This document shows positions 49,314 through 58,929 of a stretch of DNA of 64,000 nt, piece after piece. The notes under the pieces are model-generated. The model saw only the letters and a list, made by a program, of their open reading frames with translations, was not told where the DNA came from and did not search any database. Each line of letters begins with the position of its first letter. Positions within the stretch are counted from its first letter, which is position 1. A program made the position numbers and the translations under genes. The DNA comes from Escherichia phage VTCCBPA_211: the sequence record PP989838.1; one strand, written 5' to 3'.

Positions 49314-50993
49314 TTATTGAGTGAACCAGCTAGTATCTGAAGAATCGGATAAAGCACCACCCTTCAATTTAGGAGGCTTGTCATCAGGGAATGTTTTATC
49401 ATGAACTTTACTGTGTCCACGAGACCATTCTTTAAACTCTTCAGTAGTGAGTCGAACAGAGCCAGGAGCAAAAATAGAGTTAGCAGCTCTGATAGCATTT
49501 TCAGGAGCCAAACCACTGTCAAGAATCAAAGATTCCACTAGAGGGGCTACTTGGTATTTAGTTGCCTCTTTATCAATTTCTTGAATCTCTGTACCAAGTG
49601 CTTTAAGCCACTTAATGTTTGCTTCGGTTGGGCCTTGACCTGCCATCATCTGAATCTTGTTCAACTTGTTGTTAACCCAATCTGGATCACCTGTAAGCTC
49701 ATTCATAACTTCTCCGTTAATAGAAGCTAAACCACCCTGAATAAGTTTAGTCAAGTTCTCAATAGCAGCACGTTGCTGAGCTGAGTTCTCTTGAGAGTTT
49801 GCACCAGTTCCTAGTTTAGAAATAGCAGCTTCTGTAGGAGCCATCCACTTGTTTCGAGAAGCTAGGACATTAATAACAGGACGATAAGATTGCTGTAGCT
49901 TATCTCGTAAGTTAGGGGTAATACCACCAAGCTCCTCTGTTTTTTCCCACTTGGGAGATGTTCTACGAACATTGTGTTCCTTCTTGAACAAAAGGTTGTC
50001 ACGAACAATCTCACCACGAGCTTCTGCCAGAGCTAATTGGTTTTCCAAAGTAGCCTTACGATTTCTCTCAGCAGATTCTTCACTGATAGCTTGACGTCTA
50101 TCCCACTCAGCATTCTGACGTCTTTCACGCTCAGCGTATAAAGCTTCCTGTTGAAGAGGGTCTTTAGCTCTCATCTTCAGAAGAGAAGGGTCTCCGCTTG
50201 CGATAGCAGCAGCAATGGAGTCTTGAGAGAAACCTTGTTCAACCAATGCATCACGGTTAGCTTCTAGTTGTTTCTTAGTCTCATCTTGGTTAGCCATACC
50301 TTGACCAATTTGGAAAGCTTCAATTGGAGACTTACCTGACATGATTGAAAGACCTACACCCATTAAGCCTGTGTAGAAACTAGAGTTCTGATAGAACGGC
50401 TCTTTCTGTAACTTATTCCAAGCCTCTGAAGGGTCTTTAGCTTTTGCAATCTGCATGATATCAGAGTTAACACGTTCTTGATCTTTTGCACGAGTAGCCC
50501 CAGCCATGCCTTCACTAGTGTCCTGACTTTGAGCAAGAGTGGTAACAACACCTTGTGCCTGCTCTACTTGAGAAGGAGTAAACTCTGTAGGACCATCTTC
50601 GAGAGGCTTAGTCGGAGGCGTCACCGGAAGAGGGTCGCTAGGCATAAGTCCCGCATCTTGTAAACCTTGATCAGTGGATAGGTTAGGATTAGCTGCTACA
50701 GGAGCTGGTTCCCCAACATCAATGCCCTGAAGGCTTGTTGGAGTTCCTCGATTCTGTTGTTCCATAAGACGTTGCTGGAATCCCGGATTCACCATAGCAT
50801 TCTGATCTTCTTCTGCCTGAGAGACAAGGCCAGCAAGAGATGAAGGTACAGCAGGACGTTGGTACATAGAAACATCTGATGTCTGAATAGGTCTAGCCAT
50901 ATAAGGAGAGGCCGAAGCCGCTCCCGGATTAACACCATAGAAAGTATTTCTCGGGTCACGACTCCTGACCTGAGCGTAAGTTGTCTGTTGCAT
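49314..50993 (-). CDS. virion protein, function unknown (559 aa)
   Basis: RBS GGAGATAAAT; long ORF in the structural block. Confidence 0.75.
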   Translation of the reverse strand: MQQTTYAQVRSRDPRNTFYGVNPGAASASPYMARPIQTSDVSMYQRPAVPSSLAGLVSQAEEDQNAMVNPGFQQRLMEQQNRGTPTSLQGIDVGEPAPVAANPNLSTDQGLQDAGLMPSDPLPVTPPTKPLEDGPTEFTPSQVEQAQGVVTTLAQSQDTSEGMAGATRAKDQERVNSDIMQIAKAKDPSEAWNKLQKEPFYQNSSFYTGLMGVGLSIMSGKSPIEAFQIGQGMANQDETKKQLEANRDALVEQGFSQDSIAAAIASGDPSLLKMRAKDPLQQEALYAERERRQNAEWDRRQAISEESAERNRKATLENQLALAEARGEIVRDNLLFKKEHNVRRTSPKWEKTEELGGITPNLRDKLQQSYRPVINVLASRNKWMAPTEAAISKLGTGANSQENSAQQRAAIENLTKLIQGGLASINGEVMNELTGDPDWVNNKLNKIQMMAGQGPTEANIKWLKALGTEIQEIDKEATKYQVAPLVESLILDSGLAPENAIRAANSIFAPGSVRLTTEEFKEWSRGHSKVHDKTFPDDKPPKLKGGALSDSSDTSWFTQ

Positions 50994-51006
50994 ATTTATC
51001 TCCTAA

Positions 51007-51975
51007 TTAAGAACTAGCCATCCCGCCAATCACCCCTCCAGCCAAAGCACCCCAAGGACCAAAGGAAGAGCCAGCTGCTGCACCACTCATAGCTCCACCA
51101 AGGAAACCACCACTCCCACCAGATGTTTTAGTAGTTGTAGTTTGTCCGAGAGCACCGTTAAGTACACCTGCTGCACCGAGTTGGTTGTTGATATCTTGCC
51201 ATCCCCAATTAGCTGCGTTCTGAGCATTCTGGTAGGCATTATCATATTCATTCTGTTGTTGCTGTTGTTGCTGCAACCCAGCCTTCCATTGGTTTAATAT
51301 TTGCTGTTGAGATAAATCAGCACCTTGTTGACCTAAGTTGGAAAGGTTAGAACCGATAGTAGAAAGACCTGATAGAGCAGCTGCCTGATTCTGTCTATTA
51401 CCAGATAGGATGCTTTCAGCTTGACTGATAGCTGAGTTATAGGCACTGTTGGTAATATCTGTTGCTTGACTTTGCATCTGATTCAGAGCATCGCCTTGGG
51501 CAAAAGATTTAGCCATACGAGCACCTGAACCTTGTTGACCGGCAAACTGTTGAGCCAACTGAGGAAGAGCATTACGTGCCAAGTTCTGTTGAACCTGTTC
51601 ATTATTAGCTGTAATGGCTGCTTGCACAGCGTCATCATCATACAGTTGACCAGCGAGAGCACCAATCTGTTCTCCAGTAATCCCACCTTGTCCAGAGAGG
51701 CTCTGATAGCCTTTATAGGCATTATCTAGATAACCCAAGCCTTGACCTGCTGCATCCATGTATTGCTGTGAGAGAGTGCCTAGAGCGCCAGATTGTGCTA
51801 GGTTATTAAGTGCCTCTGTCTGATTGTTATTAAACCCTACATTATCTCGATAAACATAATCCCCTGAACTAGTATTGCCAATTTGCTTGTTAAGCTGGTC
51901 GATATACTGTTGAATGTATTCAGGGCGAATCATTTGGGAAGTAGTTTTACTACCTCCGCCTCCGAATAAAGCCAT
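51007..51975 (-). CDS. Q/N/G-rich virion protein with C-terminal glycine-zipper segment (322 aa)
   Basis: RBS GGAGA; MALFGGGGSKTTSQ..; C-terminus GGFLGGAMSGAAAGSSFGPWGALAGGVIGGMASS; paralog of the next gene. Confidence 0.75.
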   Translation of the reverse strand: MALFGGGGSKTTSQMIRPEYIQQYIDQLNKQIGNTSSGDYVYRDNVGFNNNQTEALNNLAQSGALGTLSQQYMDAAGQGLGYLDNAYKGYQSLSGQGGITGEQIGALAGQLYDDDAVQAAITANNEQVQQNLARNALPQLAQQFAGQQGSGARMAKSFAQGDALNQMQSQATDITNSAYNSAISQAESILSGNRQNQAAALSGLSTIGSNLSNLGQQGADLSQQQILNQWKAGLQQQQQQQNEYDNAYQNAQNAANWGWQDINNQLGAAGVLNGALGQTTTTKTSGGSGGFLGGAMSGAAAGSSFGPWGALAGGVIGGMASS

Positions 51976-51987
51976 ATTAAATCTCCT

Positions 51988-53040
51988 TTAGTTTGCTCCG
52001 AATGCCCCTAAGACACCGCCTAAGATATTATTACCCGTTGTGGATAACCAGTTAGACTGACCTCTCTGTTGAGAAAGATTAGAACCTCCAATCATAGGTC
52101 CAGCCATTCCAGATTGCCCACCTGAGTTGTTATAGGAACTCCAAGCATTCTGAGTCTGTTGATTAGGAGAGAAAGCACCCATACGACCTGCAATACCTAA
52201 CCCAGTGATACCAGCACCGAGAATCTGCTGCCCTGTGTTAATGCCCGGAGCGGCATTCTTAATTGTGTACCCAGCCATCGGGCTTACACTGTTTAATACA
52301 TTAAGTTGGTTGTTAAGCTGATTCCACCCATACTGTTGAGAGCCAATAGCGTTCTGCCAATTAATATCAGCTTGAGCCTGAGCTTGTTGCTGTTGTAGAT
52401 TACCAGCCATGAGTTGATTCTGGATAGCTTGTTGAGTTGCCTGAACACCTTGAGCACCAAGATTGAGATTCTGTCCAGCCAATCCTGACTGAGCACCAAG
52501 TAACCCTCTCTGGAAGTTTTGGTCTTGTTGAAGAGCGTTGATTCCCATATTCTTGCCGCTAATAGTACGAGCTAAGTTTGTATTAGCACTATTCAGAGCA
52601 GCACCTTGAGCAGCAGCTCTACGGAGAGAACCTGAATCAGAACCATTTCCGAGAGACACGTTGGAAGCTGCCTTACTAGTAGCTTGGGCAAGAGCTGAGC
52701 TATTCAAACCTTTACTAAAGTTATTAACCCCTTCAGCCGTTACTCCACCACCATTGACAATATTTTGATACTGCTGTGCAAGAGAGTTTAATTGGTCCAA
52801 CCCTTGCTGTGTACGTGGTGTATACATATCAGCCAATTGCTTTTGAGTAGTAGAAGCTGCTAAGTTGTTCAGAGCACCTTGTTGGTTGCCATTAAACCCA
52901 GCCAGCTGTTGGGAGATGAATCCCGGATCGTTGTTCTGCATATTCTGAGCATTAGCAACAATCTGCTTCAGCAGGGCATCAACCTGAGAGGAAGGAGCCA
53001 CTGTGGTTTTGCTAGAAGCCGATTTTCCAAATAAAGACAT
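51988..53040 (-). CDS. Q/N/G-rich virion protein (350 aa), paralog of 51007-51975
   Basis: RBS GGAGGA; MSLFGKSASSKTT..; similar composition and termini. Confidence 0.75.
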   Translation of the reverse strand: MSLFGKSASSKTTVAPSSQVDALLKQIVANAQNMQNNDPGFISQQLAGFNGNQQGALNNLAASTTQKQLADMYTPRTQQGLDQLNSLAQQYQNIVNGGGVTAEGVNNFSKGLNSSALAQATSKAASNVSLGNGSDSGSLRRAAAQGAALNSANTNLARTISGKNMGINALQQDQNFQRGLLGAQSGLAGQNLNLGAQGVQATQQAIQNQLMAGNLQQQQAQAQADINWQNAIGSQQYGWNQLNNQLNVLNSVSPMAGYTIKNAAPGINTGQQILGAGITGLGIAGRMGAFSPNQQTQNAWSSYNNSGGQSGMAGPMIGGSNLSQQRGQSNWLSTTGNNILGGVLGAFGAN

Positions 53041-53059
53041 AAGTCCTCCTTAATGACTA

Positions 53060-53842
53060 TTACTTAACACCAATGCTAGCCAAACGTCTAAGCACTGCTT
53101 GTGTTTGTGGACTGTACTGAGAACCTGCCGCATGTGGTGCACTTGCTCTCTGAACTGTTTGAGAAGTAGGAGGTTTACCAGCAAGCATAGCAGCTACTCC
53201 TAATACTGCATTACCAAAGTTCTGTTGGGGCTTCTGGTCTTCACCTTCCTGCACTTCATCAGAGTAAAATTCTACTGGATTTCCACCTAAAGCGCCTGTC
53301 TTAGAAGCAGCAATCTCTGCCTGAGTTGGAGCTTGTGCGGCCTTCTCTCTATCTAGCAAGTCAGGGCTAAATTGATTGGCTGGTTGAACAGCTTGTAAAG
53401 CCCCTACAGGGTTAGCAATCTGAGAAGCTGCATCACCATAGAAAGGAAGAAAGTGTTTATTGTTCATGGAGTCAAGAGCCTGAGGGGTAAACCCTTTCTT
53501 ACCAGCGAACATCTGCTTAGCACCACCAGTTCCCTCTGAGTAGCCAACCATTGCCTTCTTAACATCGCCATTAAAAGCTTTCAGGTTGTCTCTGATGTAA
53601 CGAGCACCCATATCGATATTCTTGGCTGGGTCAAGCCTATCTTCTAACTTGTAACCATAATCTTTAGCTAACCCTTTACTGATCTGCATCAAACCAACAG
53701 GACCAGTTCCGGAAGCCACCTTAGGACGACCACTAGACTCCCTTTGAATTACAGCATGAATCAAAGCAGCTGGAATACCATACTTCTTTGAAGCCTGTTG
53801 AACCATCGGGTCTAGTTCTTCTATACCCATTCTAATTGCCAT
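53060..53842 (-). CDS. virion-associated lytic transglycosylase (SLT domain, 260 aa)
   Basis: ALIHAVIQRESSGRP..GPVGLMQI SLT catalytic motif. Confidence 0.85.
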   Translation of the reverse strand: MAIRMGIEELDPMVQQASKKYGIPAALIHAVIQRESSGRPKVASGTGPVGLMQISKGLAKDYGYKLEDRLDPAKNIDMGARYIRDNLKAFNGDVKKAMVGYSEGTGGAKQMFAGKKGFTPQALDSMNNKHFLPFYGDAASQIANPVGALQAVQPANQFSPDLLDREKAAQAPTQAEIAASKTGALGGNPVEFYSDEVQEGEDQKPQQNFGNAVLGVAAMLAGKPPTSQTVQRASAPHAAGSQYSPQTQAVLRRLASIGVK

Positions 53843-53851
53843 AAGTTCTCC

Positions 53852-54886
53852 TTATTGTATGCTTCTAAAAATTTTCCTAGCATCTAGGACTGGAACCTGA
53901 AGGGAGATAGCCCCACCACCACCCATATCGTAGTTTCTATCCCACTGGAACATATATCGACCATACCCTGTACCAAAAGAAGAGCCGTTCATCGTATGAG
54001 ATCTAGCATGTTGGAAATACCAACTCCCCGCCTGACCTCTAATAGAACCTGCTCCGTTTGTCAGAGGTATCATAGGATATGTAAGTCCAGTATTCCCTCC
54101 ACTCATAGCCATAAAACGATCAACCATAAAAGGTGTTCTGTAAGTAGAAAATACACACTGAGAACCATTAGGTGAATATATGTTTAATCCACCATTGTGA
54201 GTAGGAACACCAGCCCCATTACAGAACACTGCAACTCTCACATTATTGATTGTTCCTGTTTGGTTGTTGTTTCCGTTATTGTAGGTTCTGTTTTGGTAAA
54301 CCCTGATATTACGACTCCCAGCATCATAGAGTAAACCTTGTCCTCCAGACCAGTTAGCAAATACGGAAGCTCTAGACATATCAAAACCACTGATTGCTGG
54401 TATTTTCATAGAGCCATTAATATTTCCTTCCCAAGCCCAAATACATTGACCAACAACTCCAGCATCTGATATAGAGAAGTAATCAGCTGTGTTTGAAAAT
54501 GTTATCCCGTAGTTTCTATTAGCTCTGGGCCATATTTGATATACATTGAAAGCCACGTCAAACAATGGGTTACTTCCCGGATTCATATTTAAACTAACCC
54601 TGAAAGTCGAGTTATTAATGATGCTGATGTTATTCACAACATACACATCAGGGACAAGGTTAGGAGGAACCTCCCATTGCCAACACAGAGAGCCAGTAGG
54701 GACTACAACTATTTGACCTGAGCCATTCCATCCAGAAATAGGGAAATCCCTACTTCCTCCGTTAAAGTTATAATTACCGCTTACTCTGTTCTTAAATTGA
54801 GGGAAAGTAGAACCACTGTCAATAAAAAGCTCAGCCGGAGAAGCTGGTCCCGGCCCGGCTGGCGTTGTCCATATTCCATATGCCAT
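53852..54886 (-). CDS. tail/virion protein, function unknown (344 aa)
   Basis: Long ORF, start abuts the upstream stop; N/G-rich. Confidence 0.7.
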   Translation of the reverse strand: MAYGIWTTPAGPGPASPAELFIDSGSTFPQFKNRVSGNYNFNGGSRDFPISGWNGSGQIVVVPTGSLCWQWEVPPNLVPDVYVVNNISIINNSTFRVSLNMNPGSNPLFDVAFNVYQIWPRANRNYGITFSNTADYFSISDAGVVGQCIWAWEGNINGSMKIPAISGFDMSRASVFANWSGGQGLLYDAGSRNIRVYQNRTYNNGNNNQTGTINNVRVAVFCNGAGVPTHNGGLNIYSPNGSQCVFSTYRTPFMVDRFMAMSGGNTGLTYPMIPLTNGAGSIRGQAGSWYFQHARSHTMNGSSFGTGYGRYMFQWDRNYDMGGGGAISLQVPVLDARKIFRSIQ

Positions 54887-54887
54887 A

Positions 54888-55859
54888 TTACCAAGTCCCT
54901 ATTCTAATACGAAGCGTACCACTTCCATCATAGAAGTCTATACGGCTACCATTCATCCACAACCGGTTACTACCAGAACCAGCCCCTAATTGGAAATCAC
55001 CACCAACAGTCAGTCTCCAGTTTGTACCACTCATGGCCCCTGCTGTAATCTTATTAGCTGATAGGCTTACAATCTGAGCATTCTGTATTGATACATTATC
55101 AATCTGTGCCCATTGAATCCTAGCATTAGCAATCATAGCAGTTGTGATATTGACATTCTTTATGTCAGCGAACTCCATTCTAGCTCTTCCATTCTCAAAT
55201 ACAAAAGGGGTATTCCCTGTCGTACCATTACCTACGATGAACTTGTTAGCTGTTACTTGGAATTGGCTGTTTGTTCCATTGTTAGTTAACTTGACCCCAG
55301 CATATCTTCCGTTGACTGTAGAGTTAACACCCCACGTAGCTTCATACTCAGAAAGCTTCATATATTGAGAGAGGCTTCCATTAATATTTTGAATCTCTGT
55401 CTGAACTAAAGCAATCTCTTGACCTTGGTCGTTGACAATACCTTCTACCGTTTGAATCTTAGTTGTGTTACCTTCAATACTTGTTTTAAAGCCAGATACA
55501 GTGCTTTCTAATTTTACAGGAGGTTGAACAGAATTATCCCAAATATCTTCAGTGGAGAGATTCCCCATCTGTGTTATAATATCTGCGATAGCTGTTTCAA
55601 TCTCTGTGGTAATTCTGTTCTCAAGCTCATCAAATTGTAGATTCATCGCATGAAGAGCTTTGATACGAACATCAATCTCATCGTGAATCTCATCAATAGC
55701 TTGGAACATTTGGTTAGTAGCTGTACTGACTTTCTGTAGCTCGTCATATACGGCTACGTTATATGTTTCTGTGTCCTGTACATTATTGAGAAACCCAACG
55801 TTGTACGGGAGTGTGGTGTTATTACGACCAGTGTTCTTACGAAAACCACCTGCACCCAT
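54888..55859 (-). CDS. tail fibre-like protein (323 aa)
   Basis: Start moved to MGAGGFRK (GGAGGA RBS); the track start at 55925 lies inside a terminator hairpin; C-terminal IANARIQWAQIDNVSIQNAQIVSLSANKITAG fibre-type repeats. Confidence 0.7.
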   Translation of the reverse strand: MGAGGFRKNTGRNNTTLPYNVGFLNNVQDTETYNVAVYDELQKVSTATNQMFQAIDEIHDEIDVRIKALHAMNLQFDELENRITTEIETAIADIITQMGNLSTEDIWDNSVQPPVKLESTVSGFKTSIEGNTTKIQTVEGIVNDQGQEIALVQTEIQNINGSLSQYMKLSEYEATWGVNSTVNGRYAGVKLTNNGTNSQFQVTANKFIVGNGTTGNTPFVFENGRARMEFADIKNVNITTAMIANARIQWAQIDNVSIQNAQIVSLSANKITAGAMSGTNWRLTVGGDFQLGAGSGSNRLWMNGSRIDFYDGSGTLRIRIGTW

Positions 55860-55870
55860 AAGTTCCTCCA

Positions 55871-55897
55871 AAACAATAAAAGGGGCACGAAGCCCCT
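55871..55897 (-). terminator. intra-operon rho-independent terminator/attenuator
   Basis: Minus strand AGGGGC-TTCGT-GCCCCT followed by TTTATTGTTTT, between the 55903 stop and the 55859 start. Confidence 0.65.
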
Positions 55898-55902
55898 TGT
55901 TG

Positions 55903-58900
55903 TTATCTCCGTCCGCCAACAGCAAACTCTATCGTTAACCCATTGATAGCAGCATTACTGTTAACATCATTATCTATAACATTATAGAAAAGGTATGGAT
56001 GGTTCAGTCTCACTGAGACATGCCTGTCAACACCGATTGTATAAGTCTTAGATATGTGTGGGTGTCCATATTCATTTGAGAATTGACTACCTCCAGCTTC
56101 AAAGGTATAAGTGCCTGAGCCGGTTGTCTGAGGACGGAATCTGTTAATATGCTTCTGATTCCACTCATTTGTCACATTATCAAAATCTAGACCAGTTCTC
56201 TCCAACCTCATCTCCAGAGGCTTCTCTATAACAACATCATTTAACCTGTCATAGAAATAATCAAGAGCACCTACATCCACTTGGTAGAATCCCCTCAAGA
56301 ACGAACCTACTACCGTAACCCTCTGTCTAAAGTTTGTTGCATCCTTTCTCCAAACAAGCTCTTTGATGGATTGGTCATCCCAAGTGATTTCTTGGAAGTC
56401 AGACCAGATTGGACCTCTTTCTAAAACAGGAGGATCAACCAGACCAATACACTGAGCATATGGGATAGTACGGAAAGACCAGGTATCAAACTCATAATTC
56501 CATACAGCAGCTTTGGTGCAAGCGAAGCTTTCTTTTGGTTCTCCCGGACCTACATACAGAACCCAAACTTCTTTTTTATCCTGATGCAAGTGTACTCGAG
56601 TTGCTAGAGGGTTAACCAGACACACCTCGTTAATCAGCATGTTCTTGACACGATTAGATGCAATTGACTTCTTGGTTGCACCATTGTGTAAGATTACATC
56701 GTTCTGAGTAACTACGAAGTGGCTACCTTCTACTTCAACCACACACTCAGGAGCAAGGATACCAGAATCGTTAAAGAGCTTCTTGAACATTAGAGGCTGG
56801 TACGTGTTATTAGTCGGAGAACCAATATACGTTTCAAACTCTGTATAAACGAACAAGTAGTCTTTAAGAGGTAAGATATCAATCAAGCTGCCGTTAGAGT
56901 CAGCTAAGTCAATGTAACCAGCATATCCATTTTCTAAAGCCTGAGTCTGTCCTACGATGTTAGAAGCTAAGTCTGAAGACACAACTCGATCATAGGCAAA
57001 GTCATCCCACAGTGTAGGGGCTTTGTTCTCGTTGGCAAAGTTAGACCAACGAAGACGAAGCGGGTAGTTAGTGGTAACACCAGAAGCATTAGCCTCTCTC
57101 ATATTCAGAGCAAAAAGACGGTTGTTAAAAGATCTTACTCTCTCACATTTCCAGTTAAACTTCTTGACTGAAGGGTTTCCATCATTATCAACAACTGTTT
57201 GCTCACCCCACCCCGGAAGGTCTACAAAGTATTCTGATTCGAATTCTTTTACCTGAGGAGTTTCATAGTGAGTTGTAGCAACTGCACAGTTAGAGATAAC
57301 AGCGTGATACCAAGGATAGTCATCAAAAGCATCGTAATCCTTCTGAGTCATCTGACTGACAGTACATGTTACGTTAATCTCTCCTTTACGAAGAGCAACC
57401 AGTTTGATAGATTTACCAGTAACTGAGGTTGTAGAAACATAACCAGTTTTATCAACAGACCACTGATAAGAGTAATCACCTTCTGGAGAAGCCGTAGCTG
57501 TAATGACAATCTCTTCACCAACGTCAAGAGAAGCGCTGACAATATCTAAGGTTACAGATGACAGAGGGGTTGCCAGTAAAGAAGCTCTTGCAAAACCTTC
57601 AATGTCATTCACGTTAGAGTAATCATAGAAGTTGTTACCTTCATACATCCCTGACGTATCTATACCAGATGTAGGCTCAGCAAAATAGGTTACTTCCTCG
57701 CTTTCAGGAGGAGTTACTACTTCCTCGTCTTGAGTTTCTACTGACTCTGGCACAGGAGCAGCAAATGCCATAGCACTTGTTCTCATTGCCCTTCCAGCTA
57801 AATCCACACGTACAGTACAGACAGCAACTCTGTTACCTTCTTCAGTGGTAGCTGTAATCTCAGTAAAGCCAGCAAGTAAAGCATTTATTGTCCCTTGTGT
57901 GCTAGTCCCCGATACTGTTGCAATATTTGGATTAGAAGAGGTCCAAGTAATATTTTGATTAGGGGCGTTAGCAGGAGAAAGGGTAGCAGTTAAGATGTAC
58001 TGAGAACCTCTACTCACAGTAACATCTGACTGGCTTAAAGAGATACTATCAATCTGAGGGATAGAAACAATCTCACAAGAAGCAGTCTTAGTCCCGTTAT
58101 CAGCAGTGATTGTTACATTACCTTCTCCATTCGCTGTAATGACAGCAGTTAAAGAGTTGGCGTTAGGAGTTACAGATACAATAGAAGCGTTATTGCTGGA
58201 CCAAGTTACAGGAGTTTTGCCAGTAACAGCCGTGAGAGTAGTAGTCCCTCCTTTACGAATTGTAACAGTGTCTTGACTCAAGAAGATGCCTGAATCACCA
58301 TCGATGATATTAACAGCAATCTGAGCCACTACAGAGTCATCAGCAGTAGAGATAGTTACTACAAGATTACCTTCTCTCTCAAAAGATGTTAGAGTAGCAA
58401 GTTTAGAATCGTTAGGGTCTACTGTAATACTTCCATAAGATGAGTTACTAACTTCCCAAACAAGATCGATATTATTAGCATCAGCAGGAAGAAGAGAAAC
58501 CTCTAGATTCTTGGTCTGATTGAAGTTCATTGAGATAGTTGATTCTTTAGGAACGATCTGAGAAACAACTGGATAAATCTTAATTGAGGCAGAAGCCTTC
58601 TTAGTGACTGTAGCAACCTTACGGCTAATATCAGTCAAGCTTTCATCTGTCAGTTTGTATAACTTCTTATCCGTACCTACAACAAGAAAGCTATTACCTG
58701 CGCTATAATAATCGAAAGGCATAGAAACGAAAGACAGAGGGGTTAAATCCTTATCTTCATCTACATAAGAAAGAGGGGCATTGCCCCCCGTCTTAAATAC
58801 TCTCTGCTCAACAAATCGAGCATTTATAGCATTAGTGAAAGCATTAGGAGCTAAGTCTGTCGGAGCCTGATCAGCGATAACGCCTACAGCACCTAGTGAC

Positions 58901-58920
58901 TTTATTGGATACAGCGCCAT
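55903..58920 (-). CDS. large tail protein with four Big_2-type Ig-like repeats (1005 aa); possibly tail-tubular-B/nozzle-like
   Basis: RBS TAAGGAGG; four ~85-aa repeats with the Big_2 pattern (..LTATLSPANAPNQNITWTSSNPNIATV..); N-terminus GVIADQAPTDL recalls T7 gp12 GGISQQPD. Confidence 0.7.
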   Translation of the reverse strand: MALYPIKSLGAVGVIADQAPTDLAPNAFTNAINARFVEQRVFKTGGNAPLSYVDEDKDLTPLSFVSMPFDYYSAGNSFLVVGTDKKLYKLTDESLTDISRKVATVTKKASASIKIYPVVSQIVPKESTISMNFNQTKNLEVSLLPADANNIDLVWEVSNSSYGSITVDPNDSKLATLTSFEREGNLVVTISTADDSVVAQIAVNIIDGDSGIFLSQDTVTIRKGGTTTLTAVTGKTPVTWSSNNASIVSVTPNANSLTAVITANGEGNVTITADNGTKTASCEIVSIPQIDSISLSQSDVTVSRGSQYILTATLSPANAPNQNITWTSSNPNIATVSGTSTQGTINALLAGFTEITATTEEGNRVAVCTVRVDLAGRAMRTSAMAFAAPVPESVETQDEEVVTPPESEEVTYFAEPTSGIDTSGMYEGNNFYDYSNVNDIEGFARASLLATPLSSVTLDIVSASLDVGEEIVITATASPEGDYSYQWSVDKTGYVSTTSVTGKSIKLVALRKGEINVTCTVSQMTQKDYDAFDDYPWYHAVISNCAVATTHYETPQVKEFESEYFVDLPGWGEQTVVDNDGNPSVKKFNWKCERVRSFNNRLFALNMREANASGVTTNYPLRLRWSNFANENKAPTLWDDFAYDRVVSSDLASNIVGQTQALENGYAGYIDLADSNGSLIDILPLKDYLFVYTEFETYIGSPTNNTYQPLMFKKLFNDSGILAPECVVEVEGSHFVVTQNDVILHNGATKKSIASNRVKNMLINEVCLVNPLATRVHLHQDKKEVWVLYVGPGEPKESFACTKAAVWNYEFDTWSFRTIPYAQCIGLVDPPVLERGPIWSDFQEITWDDQSIKELVWRKDATNFRQRVTVVGSFLRGFYQVDVGALDYFYDRLNDVVIEKPLEMRLERTGLDFDNVTNEWNQKHINRFRPQTTGSGTYTFEAGGSQFSNEYGHPHISKTYTIGVDRHVSVRLNHPYLFYNVIDNDVNSNAAINGLTIEFAVGGRR

Positions 58921-58929
58921 AATTCCTCC

